A stretch of DNA of 64,000 bases from assembly GCA_030295235.1 (NCBI GenBank), contig AP026138.1, positions 124,001 through 188,000 of the forward strand, given 5' to 3'. The notes under the pieces are model-generated. The model was not told the DNA's origin. It did no database searches and worked only from the letters and a program-made list of their open reading frames with translations. The DNA comes from Fistulifera solaris (lineage: Eukaryota). This document shows positions 23,766 through 36,521 of the stretch, in pieces (the first letter of the stretch is position 1; every line of letters starts with the position of its first letter). The position numbers were made by a program, and so were the translations under genes.

Positions 23766-25279
23766 ATGATTCTTTCATTGCATCCACCGATCGAACGCGG
23801 CCCCTCTGTGGAGCTTTTATTGCTGATGGAGAAGAGGTGCAGCATGAATCACCGAAGGGAAGCTACCAGACCCCAAGAACCTGGTTTGGTTCTATCTCCG
23901 CCTCCCCATGTTTCGGCAAGTTTCACACGAGGCGCTCCGTCGCAAAGTCGATCCAGAGCGTTCACGCAGAGTTCCTTTCCCCTGTTTCCACACCAGCGTA
24001 TTCAAGATCAACTGCCGGCAGTTGTGTCAGACGACGACGGGGTTCGGAGCGGCACAAGTCTCACCAAACCAAGCCAACCAAACGCGTCGAAACTGTCCTA
24101 TGATTCTGCTTGCAACCGGGAAAGAGAATTGTCTTGCGTTTCCTTTGCCAGTCGTGAACCAGAAAACTCTTCTTTTTGAAATACTTATCTTCTATTCATT
24201 TTCGTCCACGAAACAGTCAGCCAAAATTGTCTTTACAGAGAGGCGCCGACGTTTCCGTCGAAAACAATTATCTTCTCCGTGATCGGCCAGTGAACAAAGC
24301 AGTTCGAAAGACCACTGAAGACGTAACCTTGCTGTCTTTCTTTGAAAATGGGGAAGATGATGATTCTGTCAGGGATTATTACGCTGATGATGGCGATAAT
24401 TTTCAAAGTCTTCTCCATCCAACCTCTGTGGGTCGTAAAAGCAACCACCATTTCAAAAAATGGCTGGGAAAGTATTCCGAAAGCATCTCGTGTATCCTTC
24501 CCAACTTTTCCTCAGTGAGTCCTTCTTCAAGTCCTTCTAATACGCCAGAGCACCGTTCTTTAGAAGAATACCAACCACACTTTCGTGACGATGAGGATGA
24601 AATCGAGGTAACCTTTTACCCGGAACCCTCCGAGAAGACTCTGAATGATTATACAGTTCTACTTCAAGATCCCGCTTATCTTCACGCTCAACAAGCTGGA
24701 TTCCTGTGGCAATCGCTAGTCGGTCAACACGTACGATTTCCTTATCATTGGTGGAAGGGTCTCCGAGGTCCGCCGATGAGTCTAGAAGGCAACGTGTCAA
24801 ATCCATGGTATCATGTTGGAAGCTGTGCGGTACGCAGTCACAAGGCGCTGCAACGAATTGTAAAGAATCGAGCTGCACCGGGCCGATTGCTTCTGCACGT
24901 TCTGGTTCGAGACGCTTTAAGTGGTGACATTATCTGTGACTTGGCGGTGGGTTGCTACCATCCCAACGCCCGCGGAGTTCGACTGACACTGAAACCCGAT
25001 CCATCCAAGGAGACCACCCGCCACGTTTGGATGGCCTTTCGGAATCGGACACGCTGGTCGGTCGCGGTCATCGAGCAGTGGATCCAATCCGAAGTACGGT
25101 GTCGTTCGCCCATCGGCAAAGGTCCTATTACGAATGGCAACATTCTTGTCGTTTACGGGGAGAAACCTCCCTTGGAAACGCTGCTCCTCTCCGAGAATAG
25201 TTTATCAGAACTGCACGGAAGAGCCAACAAACACTATCCCCTTCCGCTAATGCTTTGTGAATCATTTGTGTTCAACTAA
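23766..25279 (+). CDS. Hypothetical protein with conserved-looking C-terminal domain
   Basis: Two long ORFs (23643-24179 and 24176-25279) abut at a T-run. The C-terminal part has HAQQAGFLWQSLVGQHVRFP, GRLLLHV and AVGCYHPNARGVR. Confidence 0.65.
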
Positions 25280-25705
25280 GAACACCCTCTGTTGTAAAAT
25301 TAGCATGCAAATAAAATGCAAGTGGGGCCAATCATGATGGGGGTCTACTATCAAGCCATAGCTTACACGCTGTCTCGTCTATTGAATATTAGTTCGTCCC
25401 GCAAAGCAACAAAGAAGCTCCTGAAAGAGCTCGCGTAACGGTTCCCTGGATGCAGTGTTAATTGCAGAACAACATGGTATAGAACATTGGTGTGGGAGAG
25501 GTTATTTGAGCGTTAACGACTACTCACTGCCATCCAAACACCAAAACTCCCTCCATGCGCGCGCAAAGCTTTTGACTTCAAACGTTTTGCCTATCTTTTA
25601 CTTTGAAGTGATAAAAGAAAGTGAGAATAAATTGCTTTTATTTTCATCCTGCTGCCTTTCATTTGTCGTATTCTTTTCGTTGATTGAAAAAGGCATTTCG
25701 TGAGT

Positions 25706-25706
<1 letters not shown>

Positions 25707-25737
<31 letters not shown>

Positions 25738-25750
25738 AGGGAGGGAGAGA
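25707..25750 (+). repeat. (GA)n microsatellite grading into (GGGA)n
   Basis: Directly visible upstream of the 25840 ATG. Confidence 0.9.
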
Positions 25751-25839
25751 TCTTTCGTGAAGCTGCTAATATTTGTCGCCTCAGTCGTTGTTGAAATCAT
25801 CTTCATTATTTTGTTGCACACCATTATTTACCGTTCAGG

Positions 25840-28800
25840 ATGAATCAACGCCTCGACGAAGGACATCGTTTTACCGTCACGGAAGCTCAATTGCGATGGG
25901 CCCAATTTCATCACAAACAAAAAGCTCAACAGACACAACAAATGGTCGAACGACTTATGAGGACGCCGTTGTCTCCTGTAGAAGATGATGATGAAATATC
26001 GCAAGACGATGATTCGAAACAACCCATATCCCGAGGTCGAAAAGCCTATTTGCGGGCTTCCGAGCGCGCGTATAAACAACGGCGTCAACGCATTGCGAAA
26101 GAGGGATTTCGCAGACGAATAATGGATGAAGCAGAAGTCGAAGAAGATGCGTTGGCAACGATTTTTGCGGAACATTGTGTTGTAAAAGAAAGCGACCGCG
26201 TCCTTCCACCCAATTTGATATGGCGTTTCGGGCCCTCTTGTTTTCGTTGGCGGCGGCAGCGGCAGCGCAACAACAAGAACCTCTGGAAGTACCGACGAAA
26301 AAATGGACGCGGCCGGCCGGAAGTTCGTCGGAACCGTGGGGAACAATTCCTTCGCAACAACGCCGACCGTCAGCTCAATTTGGACTAAAACCGATGGATC
26401 AGGGCGCTTCGTGGTTAATGCATCTTCCTGTGACTCGTCGATCGTCTCAGCATCCTTCGCATCAACAACAGCGACACAGTGATGTTCATTCGAATGAAAC
26501 GAATGAAACCATCGAGCCAGGGCGACTAAGTGAACCGACGCACCTTCCAAGTTATCCGTCACACAGAGTCTTCCATGCAGAGCACGAGGAGAAGTCCAGC
26601 AATGATCATGAAGCTATACCATTTCCGGAACCAAGTTTACCCAACGATGCTCGGGGGTTTGTCCGGCAACTCGTCAAGCAAATGGAGACTGCGGCGAACG
26701 AAGAACCACTCGTGACCGCGGATGGGAAATTGCACAAGCCGACGTTTGCCAAGCTAATTTTACGGTATCTGGGGCAAATACAAAGTAAAGAAGTCATGAA
26801 AAGTCCGGTGGTCATGGCTCGTTCTCGTCGTGGAGCGGGGTCGATTGCGAAACGCCGGCAAGGTTCTACACCTTCCACCAGTGAAGCTGACTGGGTTTTG
26901 CCGTACAACATGTCTTCGGGTTTTGTGAAAAACTTTATTGCCCAGATAGAAGCATCGCCAGGTGACGAAGAGCTTTCGATTGTAACAAGGGAGGGAAAAT
27001 TGGATATTGAACTATTTGAACGAATGATTACTGGTTACTTGGCGCGGGCTGCGGATCAGACTCTGATGGAAGCCACGCAGCAGCAATACACAACGCCGAA
27101 GAGGGCTCCAGACCAATCTGCGTTTCTTTCTCCTTTGCCCTCTTCGGATGTACTCGATCAAATGCGCAACGAAACTGTCAAGAAAGAGAAAATGGCGTCT
27201 GCGGTGTGGGAAAGTAAGAAATTGATCTCTTCTGTTACAATGAATAGCGAAGAGAATGGAAATGCAGTCACTACAAAGAACAATTTTGATGAAATAAAAG
27301 GGCACATATATGCTGGTGAATCTATTGATGCGATAACAAACTCCAGTGGTTATGATACTGACGAAGCAAAGGATTTTTCGAAACCACAAGGATTAGTTTC
27401 TCGCATGGCAGGATCCATGCCAGGAAGAGTCGGGGATTTTTTGAAGCGGCTACACGCAGGTGCCGATGATGATAGCATAAGCGAAAAGCGCGCATTAGCA
27501 GCTTTTCGAGAAGCACAACGTGAACGACAGTCTCCTGATGACACTTTGTCACATTCTACTTTTCGCGTAATGCCGACTGGTTTTTTGAATGCTGTAAAGG
27601 GCTTTCAAAGGAATCCGGAAGTAACTCAAGATATGGGAGTTCAGGACCTTCAGAACCATTCGTTCGACGAGTCTTTAGCATCTTCGTTTACGCGTGGTAC
27701 AATTCATAGTGGAATAGAATTTCCCCGGGAATCTTTAAACGAAATCAAAAGTGAACTAAATGGACCTTCGGAAGGAATAGTAAGTGAATCCAATCTACCC
27801 TTTATCGATACCGATGGTAGCGAAGCTAGCTTTCCAGTTCAGGAACGCATGCTTTCGAATCTCCTGCTTTCTCCCACGCTTTTAACGAAGCGACACCAGC
27901 AAGCGATGCGCGCTATAGAAAGTCGTAGCTGGGATCAAGTCAAATACTTGATCAATGCCAATCATTGGCTCGCAGAGATGTCGGACATTAAGTCTGGTCA
28001 GTATTTACTGCATGCTTTGGCTTATTATGGTACGGGAGAAGTCGAAGTCGACCCTGAGACGGAACATGTTGTTGCTATTCGATTTCCTCCGGCACCAGAT
28101 CAAATAAATATTGATTTGGTGAGGATGCATGCATCAGCTGTGCACAAGTTCGACCACGATGGAAATTTGCCTCTGCATATGGCGGCTGCGGCTGGAAATA
28201 TGCCAATGATCAACATTCTTGGAGAACGTTTTCCAAGTGGAGCGTCAGTGAGAAACGAAGACGGAATGTTACCCCTCCATCTTGCTATTTTAGCGTGTGC
28301 AACTATGCCTGGTGCTTATCTTGACGAGGATACTTCGGCGGCTGTTGATATCATTCGTACCGTCGTATCATATTTTCCTGCAGCTGTTGGGGTGACTGAC
28401 AACGATGGGAATTTACCAATCCATACCGGTGCCAGTGTGCTTACTGGAGTCTTGGGAGCCGATATTGTCTTTTTTACTTTTAGATGAAGCAGACAAACAA
28501 CTTGCCGATCCTCAAGGTATTCGGTTTCGAAACAAAATTGTGCTATTAAGCAACGGTGACGAAAACGATGACGAGGACGTGGAATCGACATATTCCTCGC
28601 CGCTTCACGAGGATGATCTCCAGTGCACATTGGTAAAAAAATGACCGGGGCGAAAACCCCTTGGCGGCGGCAATTAAAGCAAAGGCGGGATGGGAGGTAA
28701 TTGAAGCCATCGCTTGTAGTCGGGGCGGTCATGAAGCTTCACTGGAGTGTGACTCTGACAAAAACAACGCACTACATCTCTTAGCAAGCGCTTCATACTA

Positions 28801-30345
28801 CGACCCTGACGCAATATTCTCCATCTTAAAAATTGTACCAGCAGTCGCCTCGTCTAGAAACATTCATGGTGTGCTACCGATCGAGGTAAGATCTTTTCTG
28901 GACACCCTGCCCGTTGTGCTGCCCTACTAATCCTTGATTCTGCAATAGGTCGCATGTATGCAGTCGTTACCGCCAGATGTTCTCGTTGCAATAGTTTTAG
29001 AGGATTTACCCATTGACATTGACCAAACTAGTGAAATCTTGATGGTCAGCAGAAGGGGGGCTAGTTGGTGGTACCTAACATGCGAATGCGGTATGTAGCA
29101 CGGACATTCAGATTTAATTTCGAGCAGGGGAATATTTCTCACCCATTGGTTTTTAAGATGACTTCTTCGCCAATATAGTGGAGGACGTAATCTCATATTG
29201 CTCTGCTGAACAAGTCCGTTCCCTGTGCCTCGTTAAAAACTCGTCGGGTGAAACACTCCTTCAACGCGCATCACCGAAATGCAGGCTCGCCATGGAGGCC
29301 GCACTTAGAGTCGCAGGCCGCTTTGAGTACGACGAAACGAATCCAATCTTCGTTGATAATGTAAGAGGCTTACGTATATACGACGCGTACGATCATGGAG
29401 ATATTGATGACATGGAAGCCGACGGAAAGAAAGTAAGCTTGCGTTTATTCTCTAACTATAAAGCTTTTCAAGAAGAGGTAAGAATTTTCATCCTTGCTGA
29501 TGATCATTGTGGATTGGTCCCTCAATGATCCTACTTTCCATCAAGGTTTCTATCATTCGACAAGATCTAGACTTTTCTGTCGTGGAAGAAATTTTAATGC
29601 TTTCCTTGGACCCTGCCGCTCAAGTGGCGCGTTTCAGTGAGCAACAAAAGCTTTTCGTGGTATCTGTCGAAGAGCCTGCTCTATCGTTGCGCAGTGTAGT
29701 GAAGGGCATGCTAGACAGCGAAGAATGTCAACGAAACACTTCCGTCCGGCAGAGATACGCCATGAAAGTTTTTGCGGTTCTACGAGTAGTTGTTAAAGCG
29801 CTGCGCCATCTTCACTCCATGGGCTTGATTCACGGAAAAGTAAACGCGGAGAACTGTTGTAAGTACGGCGACAGGTGGAAAGTACGCGGTGTGCTTGGGT
29901 CGCAGAAAGCCGGAACGACCTTTAAAGTCTCTAGATTCTCCTCTGCTTCGCCCCCTGAGTGTTTTGAATCCATTGACAGCTCCAAAAAGAGTGCATGGTC
30001 AGCTTCAAGAGTGACTTCATAGCTTCTTATTCGGTAGATTCATGGTCATTCGGAAAGCTGTGTTTTGAGGTATTGGTTGGGCGGCCATTGGTGGAACTGG
30101 ATTCGGAGCAACGATTTGAAGATGATCAACAAGCTATGAGGAGCATTCTTAACTGGAATGCCTCCGATTGTTCATCGGTGCGAGAAGACCTACGTGCGGT
30201 TGGCGTCATTGAAAGTGGCATCAAGCTGGTCGCAAGTTGTCTGGACCCTAATCCCCTAAATCGCCCGACTATGGGCGAACTCATGTCAATGCCCCTATGG
30301 AAAGACTTGAGAGATTTTGCAAATATTCCTCGGAAAGAGGTATAA
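25840..30345 (+). CDS. Large ankyrin-repeat protein with C-terminal kinase-like (pseudokinase) domain
   Basis: Ankyrin-type repeats DGNLPLHMAA, DGMLPLHLAI, DGNLPIHTG and KNNALHLL. Kinase C-lobe features ALRHLHSMGLIHG, ASPPE, SVDSWSFG and CLDPNPLNRPT. Introns at about 28886-28948, 29091-29157 and 29477-29545. Frameshifts near 26200, 28470, 28635 and 29985. Confidence 0.75.
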
Positions 30346-30406
30346 AAGTAATGTTTTGTTATGAATTTTCTACTGCCTACATTAGTTGCTATCATATGCT
30401 ATCATC

Positions 30407-32860
30407 TTAGCAAGCAATCCCAAGTGTCAATAGATACTGGCGGAGTCCTTCGAATCGATGGTCGCCGTCAGGGCAATGAGCAATAACAATCACCTGTGTC
30501 ATCAGCTCAGCAACAGCCACATCCCATGCGTCGCGCTCTCTTGCTTCCCGTAAAACTTGTGCGCATTCGTCGGTCAGCTTCGGAACATCGTTTGACAACG
30601 AGAAAAGATTATCACTCAGACGTTTACGCTGAGCATACGGCAAAGGAAGAGCGGGGTAGGTGTATGCTCCTTTCGACTCCCCTAGCTTTTGAGTGGGAAA
30701 TCGTCCGAAATTGCTCTGGTCTCAGCTCCATCGGTTCCATGAACAACAAATCGTCCGGATTTTCGCCATCTGCGTTAGCCTGCGAGTACAGCCTCTTTTG
30801 CCTGATCTCTTGTTCCTACTTCCAAACCGAGATGGAGTATTGAACGAAACAGGAGAATGCAGAGCATTCGAACGAAGCGATTCAGGTGTGACTTGAGCTG
30901 ATGGCCCAGCTGGCACGCCCACTCCAAGCGATGCCGGACGAGCAGGAGATGGTTCTTCACCAGAGATCGAATCCTTCAAATCGACAAAGTTGTTCATTTC
31001 CGAAAGCGGAGCCGCGATTACCCCGGGTTCAGTAGAAATAAAGGAGTTCACTACCGGATACACCATGACACCAATACTTCTCGCCAACGACTGCTGATAT
31101 GTGCACCTGTGATTTTGCTTGGGCTGGCCACACAACTTGCATCGATAGCGCATTTTGGGCTGTGAGGTGCCCGTCGAAGCCATATCTGAGTCGGGGTTAT
31201 TAGCCGGCTGGCAGAATTCATCAGTTGCTTCCATATTGTCTCCCATTCCGGAATCCGCCAACGGCTTCCCTTCATCGTCAAACGTATTGGATCGGCTTGT
31301 TTCTTCTTTTGTAACTTCAACATGTGCAGAAATTTCCACCGGAGGATCTTCCTCAAACTCCCACGACAATCGGTTGTCGTTTTCGTAATATCTTCCCGAT
31401 AAAGCTTCTTCATATTTCAAGCGCTCTTGTGACTTTTGTGTGGGTGATGTGACCGATGATGACGGTGTCACGGTCACAGGTTCACCTTCGTCTTTGGATC
31501 GGAAAATGGAGTCCTTATTGCTGGACACGGACGTCGGGCCATTGTCTCGAATGACTTGACCACCAAACGCACAAATGGACGACTCGACTCTGCGGCGTGC
31601 TATCACAATATCTTGAGGTGTTGGGTCGGCATATCGTCCGGCAGGACCGCCGTACATGGTCTGCTCGGTCAAAGAGGAACAATGAGTCTTATGGTCTGAT
31701 GCAATACGTTTAGTCAAAACATTAGAATGACTTACCGATTCCCATTTCGATTCCATCTTGTTGGAATCGGAGGGAGGCTCTAACAGTGCCGCTTTCAATC
31801 CCGGTAGCAAAAACGAACAATCCTTAAAGGCCATTTTGTATTTGCGCAACAATACGTAGAACGAGGGTTCACCGTTGTCGTAATAGGTTTCACCAAATGA
31901 ACGATGCGGTCCACCGAAACTGGCATGCTCCTCTTCGGGACGCATGCCACCACTCAAACTGTACAATACCTGGGTCGGACTGGGAGACCGACCATCCAAG
32001 ACCATCTCGCGTCGCGGAGGAGCATGATTTCCAAACGAATTGACGGGACTGAATCCAATGGTCAACGATCCGGCCGTCAACAATTGTTGTCCCGTCTTTT
32101 TGAGATCGGAATGTTCCATGCCAAACGAATCGGCCTGCAAGGACTCATTGAAGTAGTTGGCGTCACCAAAGCTGTCAAAGGATTGATTGAATAGGACAAA
32201 GGATGGATTCATATCAATGAGTCCCTGTTTTGGACTCTTTTCGAGTAACGGATCCTCGGGTGGTGGTTTGGGACTCTCCTTTTTGGCCGGTGGCTTGGCT
32301 TCGTCAAAGGACGTGGTCGGTGTCCGCAAGGAAAGTAACATTTTGGGAGGACTGTCTCCTTCGCCCTCGGGTCGGCCACGAAACACCGACGCCCGTTGTT
32401 GTTCAATTTTGGGCAAATGAATGGGCGTACTACCACCCAATACCAAACTCATGCGATTCTTGGGAGGAGGATTCCGATCGTACCGATACTCCTGGTAGGG
32501 CGGTGGTGGTTGCCGGGCGTACCGTCGATCGTAATCGTACCGTTGCGGGCGATACCGACGATCTTCTCCTCTATAGGAAGGAGGATAACGACGATACGGA
32601 TCTTCCGAAGGCCAAGCATCCGTTTCGGGCCACCGCGCGTTGGAAGCAAACGCTTGGGCGGCGGCCGCGGCGGCCGCGGCCGCCGACGATGGATTGGGCG
32701 CCTCGGATGGTGGTGGTGGTGGTGGTGGTCGTCCGCCCATGACGGCCGGAGATCGGGAACGGGTACGACCGCCACGACGACTCGTCGTCGTGGTGCGTGC
32801 CGGAGCCGTGGGGCGTCCCGTATTGATGGCGACGGGCATGCTTCTGTCTGTAAGGCCCAA
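30407..32860 (-). CDS. Hypothetical protein with Pro/Arg-rich N-terminus, CxxC-H-C zinc-finger-like motif and conserved C-terminal domain
   Basis: 712-codon ORF containing YRCKLCGQPKQNHRC and a probable in-frame intron at 31661-31735. The C-terminus (LRPEQFRT; YTYPALPL; AWDVAVAELMTQV...GLRQYLLTLGIAC) is recovered across two frameshifts near 30800 and 30670. Confidence 0.75.
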
Positions 32861-33638
32861 TCACGAGTCTCTTTTTCAATGGCGAATGTCTGTTGCGACG
32901 CACAGATATATCCAAGAACACGTCGAATTCTGCCGTCGAACAATGCTCAAGAGGTGCAACCAGAAGATGATATCACGGGAAAGAGTTGTTGTTTGTGTGT
33001 TTCTTTCTTGCTTCGAACAACACGAGTCAATTGACAATGTTTCCTTTTTTGTGTGACAATCGGCAAGCGCGGAGAATGCGATAACAGCAACTCGATTTTA
33101 ATGAAGCAATGCGAAAGCTGCTGTGCTGCGGCTGCTCTCTTTGTTCAAAGGGTTTGTGCTTTCCAAAGAGGCTCTCAAAAATTTTGTTCGGAGGACTTTC
33201 AATGTAACGCCCGTTGGAACCGATGGCGTTGTAACAAGCCGGTTCGAACGGACGAGAGTGAGTGCGTTGGTTGAAGAGGGATGGTGATAGTAGAGTCTTG
33301 TAGTACATATTTAACAGAATTTATTACGAACCAAATTTTATGAGATACCACCCCTCTAGAACCGCGCCGTACCACTACCAGTCACATAGGAAAACCTCTG
33401 TCTAACAAACCGATTGGAACGGCCGAAAATTGGAAGAACTATGGTGCAATCAGTACAAAAAGGACCTATGTATCCAAATCGTTTCATAGTGAAGTGTACA
33501 AAGGGTTTCCGGTGAGTCGTGCGGGCGTGCGGTGAACGGTCCAATGTCCGATGACGTGAGACAGCATGGTGCACCGCTCTCATTCTTTGCCGCACAATTA
33601 GAAATTTCGTAGTGTGCAAATAATAAACTCAAAGAATA

Positions 33639-35026
33639 TTAACAAGAAATTCCCATAGACAACAAATAGCCACGCAAACCTTCCAAACGGGCATCCCCGG
33701 GCGTACAGCACCCGGCAATTACCACTTGGGTCAAGAGCTCGGCGACGCCTTGATCCCAGGCGTTTTCGAGACGGGCCTGTTCGAGTAACACCGCAATGGC
33801 GGGCATTCCTCGCGCCAACAAAAACAGAGAATCACTCCATTGCTGGCGTTCATAACTGGTCAAGGGAATGGGTGGGTACGTATAGTCGCCTTTCGCAGGA
33901 GCCATGGTACGAAATTGTTCGGGATGCAACGTCGCCCACGAAGAATCACTCAAGGCGGATGCGGGAGAATAAAACGACGGATCGGTGGCATCATTGTTCA
34001 TTTCTGTCAAGGCGGGAGCTTTCTGGCCGGGTTCGGCGGCCGCGTAGGCATGGACCGTCGGGTACACCATGACTCCGATGCTCCGTTGCAGGCTGTGTTT
34101 GCTGTCGTCCGAGCCGGGAGATTCCAAACGGAGTCGTTTGGACGGTGTTTCACTGTCCGGAACCGGTGGATTCTCTTCCACATCCCAACTGATGCGACGA
34201 TCATGAATGGTATAGCGTCGGGGCAGTACTTGTTCGTAGTGTTGTCGCGCTGTGTTAACACGTTTTTCACAAAAAATGGATCGTTTGTTGGGAAGTAAAC
34301 TACCTCCAAAGGCACAAACGGCAGCCTCCACGCGACGAGTGCCAATGATAATGTCATGATGATCCTGTTAAATGGTGTCGTGAGAATAAAATGCAATAGA
34401 GCGAAAGAAATGCCCAACAAGAATCACCTACCGTATTGCTCACTGGAGAGTCGTCTTCTCCACCACACGGAAGTAGATATGTGAGAGCGGAGAGCTGCTG
34501 ACGAACCGAGCGGAGGACGCCATACGGATCACAATAAAGCTTGAAATAAGAAGGGTCGCAATCGGGGGCAACGTACGACACTGCTGTCACACTAGATGGA
34601 TGGTTCGTTTCGTGTTTGGTGGGTGACGAGTCGCAGTTGTGTAGCATTTGAACCGGGGAGTCGTGCGAAGAGGCGTCTTCATCATCCGAGAAATGAAGTT
34701 TTGGGATTGTTATATTGGTCAGATTGAAATCGCTATTTTTGGGAAGCGTTGGCGACGCTACAGGATCCGAAAGACTGAATGTTGTGCTGTCCGTCGAAGA
34801 GAAACTTCGCTGTAGATCGGAAAGACTATCAAATGATTCATTTAATAAAGTGTTCGAGTAAGAGTCTGCGTTGTCTTTCGTCGAATCCGGAGAGTCCGCT
34901 TGAACGGCCTTCTATGATTATTATGGTCAGACAAGGCGGCGGAACAAGCACCAAACGGGGAAAACTTACCTTGGATGATTCTTCTTCATCGTTTTTCTTA
35001 CTGATATTCTTCGTAGGAGTATTCAT
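33639..35026 (-). CDS. Shorter tandem paralogue of the 30407-32860 gene (3 exons)
   Basis: Exon 1 35026-34970 (MNTPTKNISKKNDEEESSK), intron 34912-34969, exon 2 34911-34432, intron 34365-34431, exon 3 34364-33639, all phase 0 and in frame. It shares RRVE..CAFGG, SW..EE.PPV, SL.RSIGVMVYP, PEQFRT and AWD..VAEL.TQV...GLR.YLL..GI.C with the longer gene. Confidence 0.8.
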
Positions 35027-35374
35027 GGTGACAAACAAAAGTACAAAACAATGCGAGCGCCTAGTTGGAAGGCGAAAAAATGAAACTGCTTCGGACAACA
35101 TGTTGCTTTCCAACCGATCTCATTTCGCGCCATGTCGATTCTTGTCAATGCAAAAAATGAGCGCGAAACCATTTCTTGGTGGTCCATTCCCCTCCACGTT
35201 ATGTATTTGGAGCGGATTCAAATGTAAAGAGAGGAAATGGAATGTTCTCTTGTGTTCATGCAGAAATCGTGGGTCGAAATCTATCTTGCCGTACTCCTTC
35301 ACTTAGAGCAAAAAATTGTATGTTCTGTTAAGTACTTATTATCGGCTCTGCGACAATGGAGTTCACAAACTCAT

Positions 35375-35971
35375 TTCGTGATTCGTGACTCGTGACTAAC
35401 CAGTATTCAGTGTCCAGTGTCGTCCGGTGTCCAGTCAGTGTCCAGTGTCATCAGTCATCAGTCATCAGCAATCAGTCATTGCTTTTGAAGTACTCTATTA
35501 ATACAGTAAGTCATAAGTCATAATGTCAGTCTACATTCTAAATAGTGTATGTATATAGTATAGTAATTAGTAATATCATTCATTCTACCAGTGACCTATG
35601 ACCTATGACCTATGACTTCAAACTTCAAACATTCTACATTCTACGTGCTACGTGTACGTGGTACGTGCTACTTGCCACAGTACTTGCTACGCACTACGTA
35701 CTTGGTAGTACGTAGTACGGAGTACTACGTAGTTGTTAGTTGTTAGTTGTTACCGGTAAACGGTAAATCTTACAGGTCATAGTCATTCATATTTCAACAC
35801 AAATCTTTCACTCTTTCACTACTGTCACTACTTAATGAAATGACCTTCCATTATACCAGGTACCAGGGGCGGTCATCAGGTCACAAAGAATATGTGACAC
35901 GTGATATCAAAGATCAAAGATAAGAGATAAGCGTCGAGTTTTATAGTGCGGAATGCGGAATAAATGCGGAA
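35375..35971. repeat. Mosaic of many different tandemly duplicated 7-bp units
   Basis: Examples: TTCGTGA x~3, CAGTGTC x2 (twice), ATCAGTC x~4, ATAAGTC x~2, TGACCTA x3, ACTTCAA x2, ACATTCT x2, CTACGTG x~4, GTAGTAC x~3, TAGTTGT x3, CGGTAAA x2, TACCAGG x2, ATCAAAG x2, AGATAAG x2, TGCGGAA x2+1. Confidence 0.9.
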
Positions 35972-36080
35972 GTGGCCAATGCGACTGGTAAACGTTTGAA
36001 CCAGTCAAGGGGAAAACGTTCTTTGCTCTTTGACCGACTCGCAAAGCCAGCATTTGCTCTCTCACAATTAAAATTTAGAA

Positions 36081-36521
36081 ATGAACATGAATCTTCCTGA
36101 TCAACGCTTAGAAATAACAGTGTTACCTTTAGAGGTAATGAAGCTTGTGAGAGAAGCCAACAGCATTACAATTGTTGGCGACAATGCGCGGCGACCGTCA
36201 AGAGAGTATCGGATTACCAAAGTTCGATCGAATTCCACTTCCGACCCACTCAAATTGAAGGAAAAAATATTATCGCACCGTCGTGGTCTAATACGTCACT
36301 CATCGAATGATATTGGTTTCGATCGATGGGCGACGAGGAATCCGGATGAAGTTCCATCGCGCGCACCGCCGCGTCGGTCGGTGTCGGCGGATTTCGCACC
36401 ATCGTTGCCGACACGCCGTTCCTTTGAAAAATTAGAGACCATTGAGCAGCATTCGTCTTTGATGGACGCTCCTCCAGCCCTGTTTCCCAGAAGGAAGCCG
36501 TCGGTGCGAAAAATCGCCTGA
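36081..36521 (+). CDS. Hypothetical protein (146 aa)
   Basis: ATG ORF with an ITIVGDNAR motif and repeated P..P.R..S segments, of a kind seen in uncharacterised diatom proteins. Confidence 0.65.
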   Translation: MNMNLPDQRLEITVLPLEVMKLVREANSITIVGDNARRPSREYRITKVRSNSTSDPLKLKEKILSHRRGLIRHSSNDIGFDRWATRNPDEVPSRAPPRRSVSADFAPSLPTRRSFEKLETIEQHSSLMDAPPALFPRRKPSVRKIA

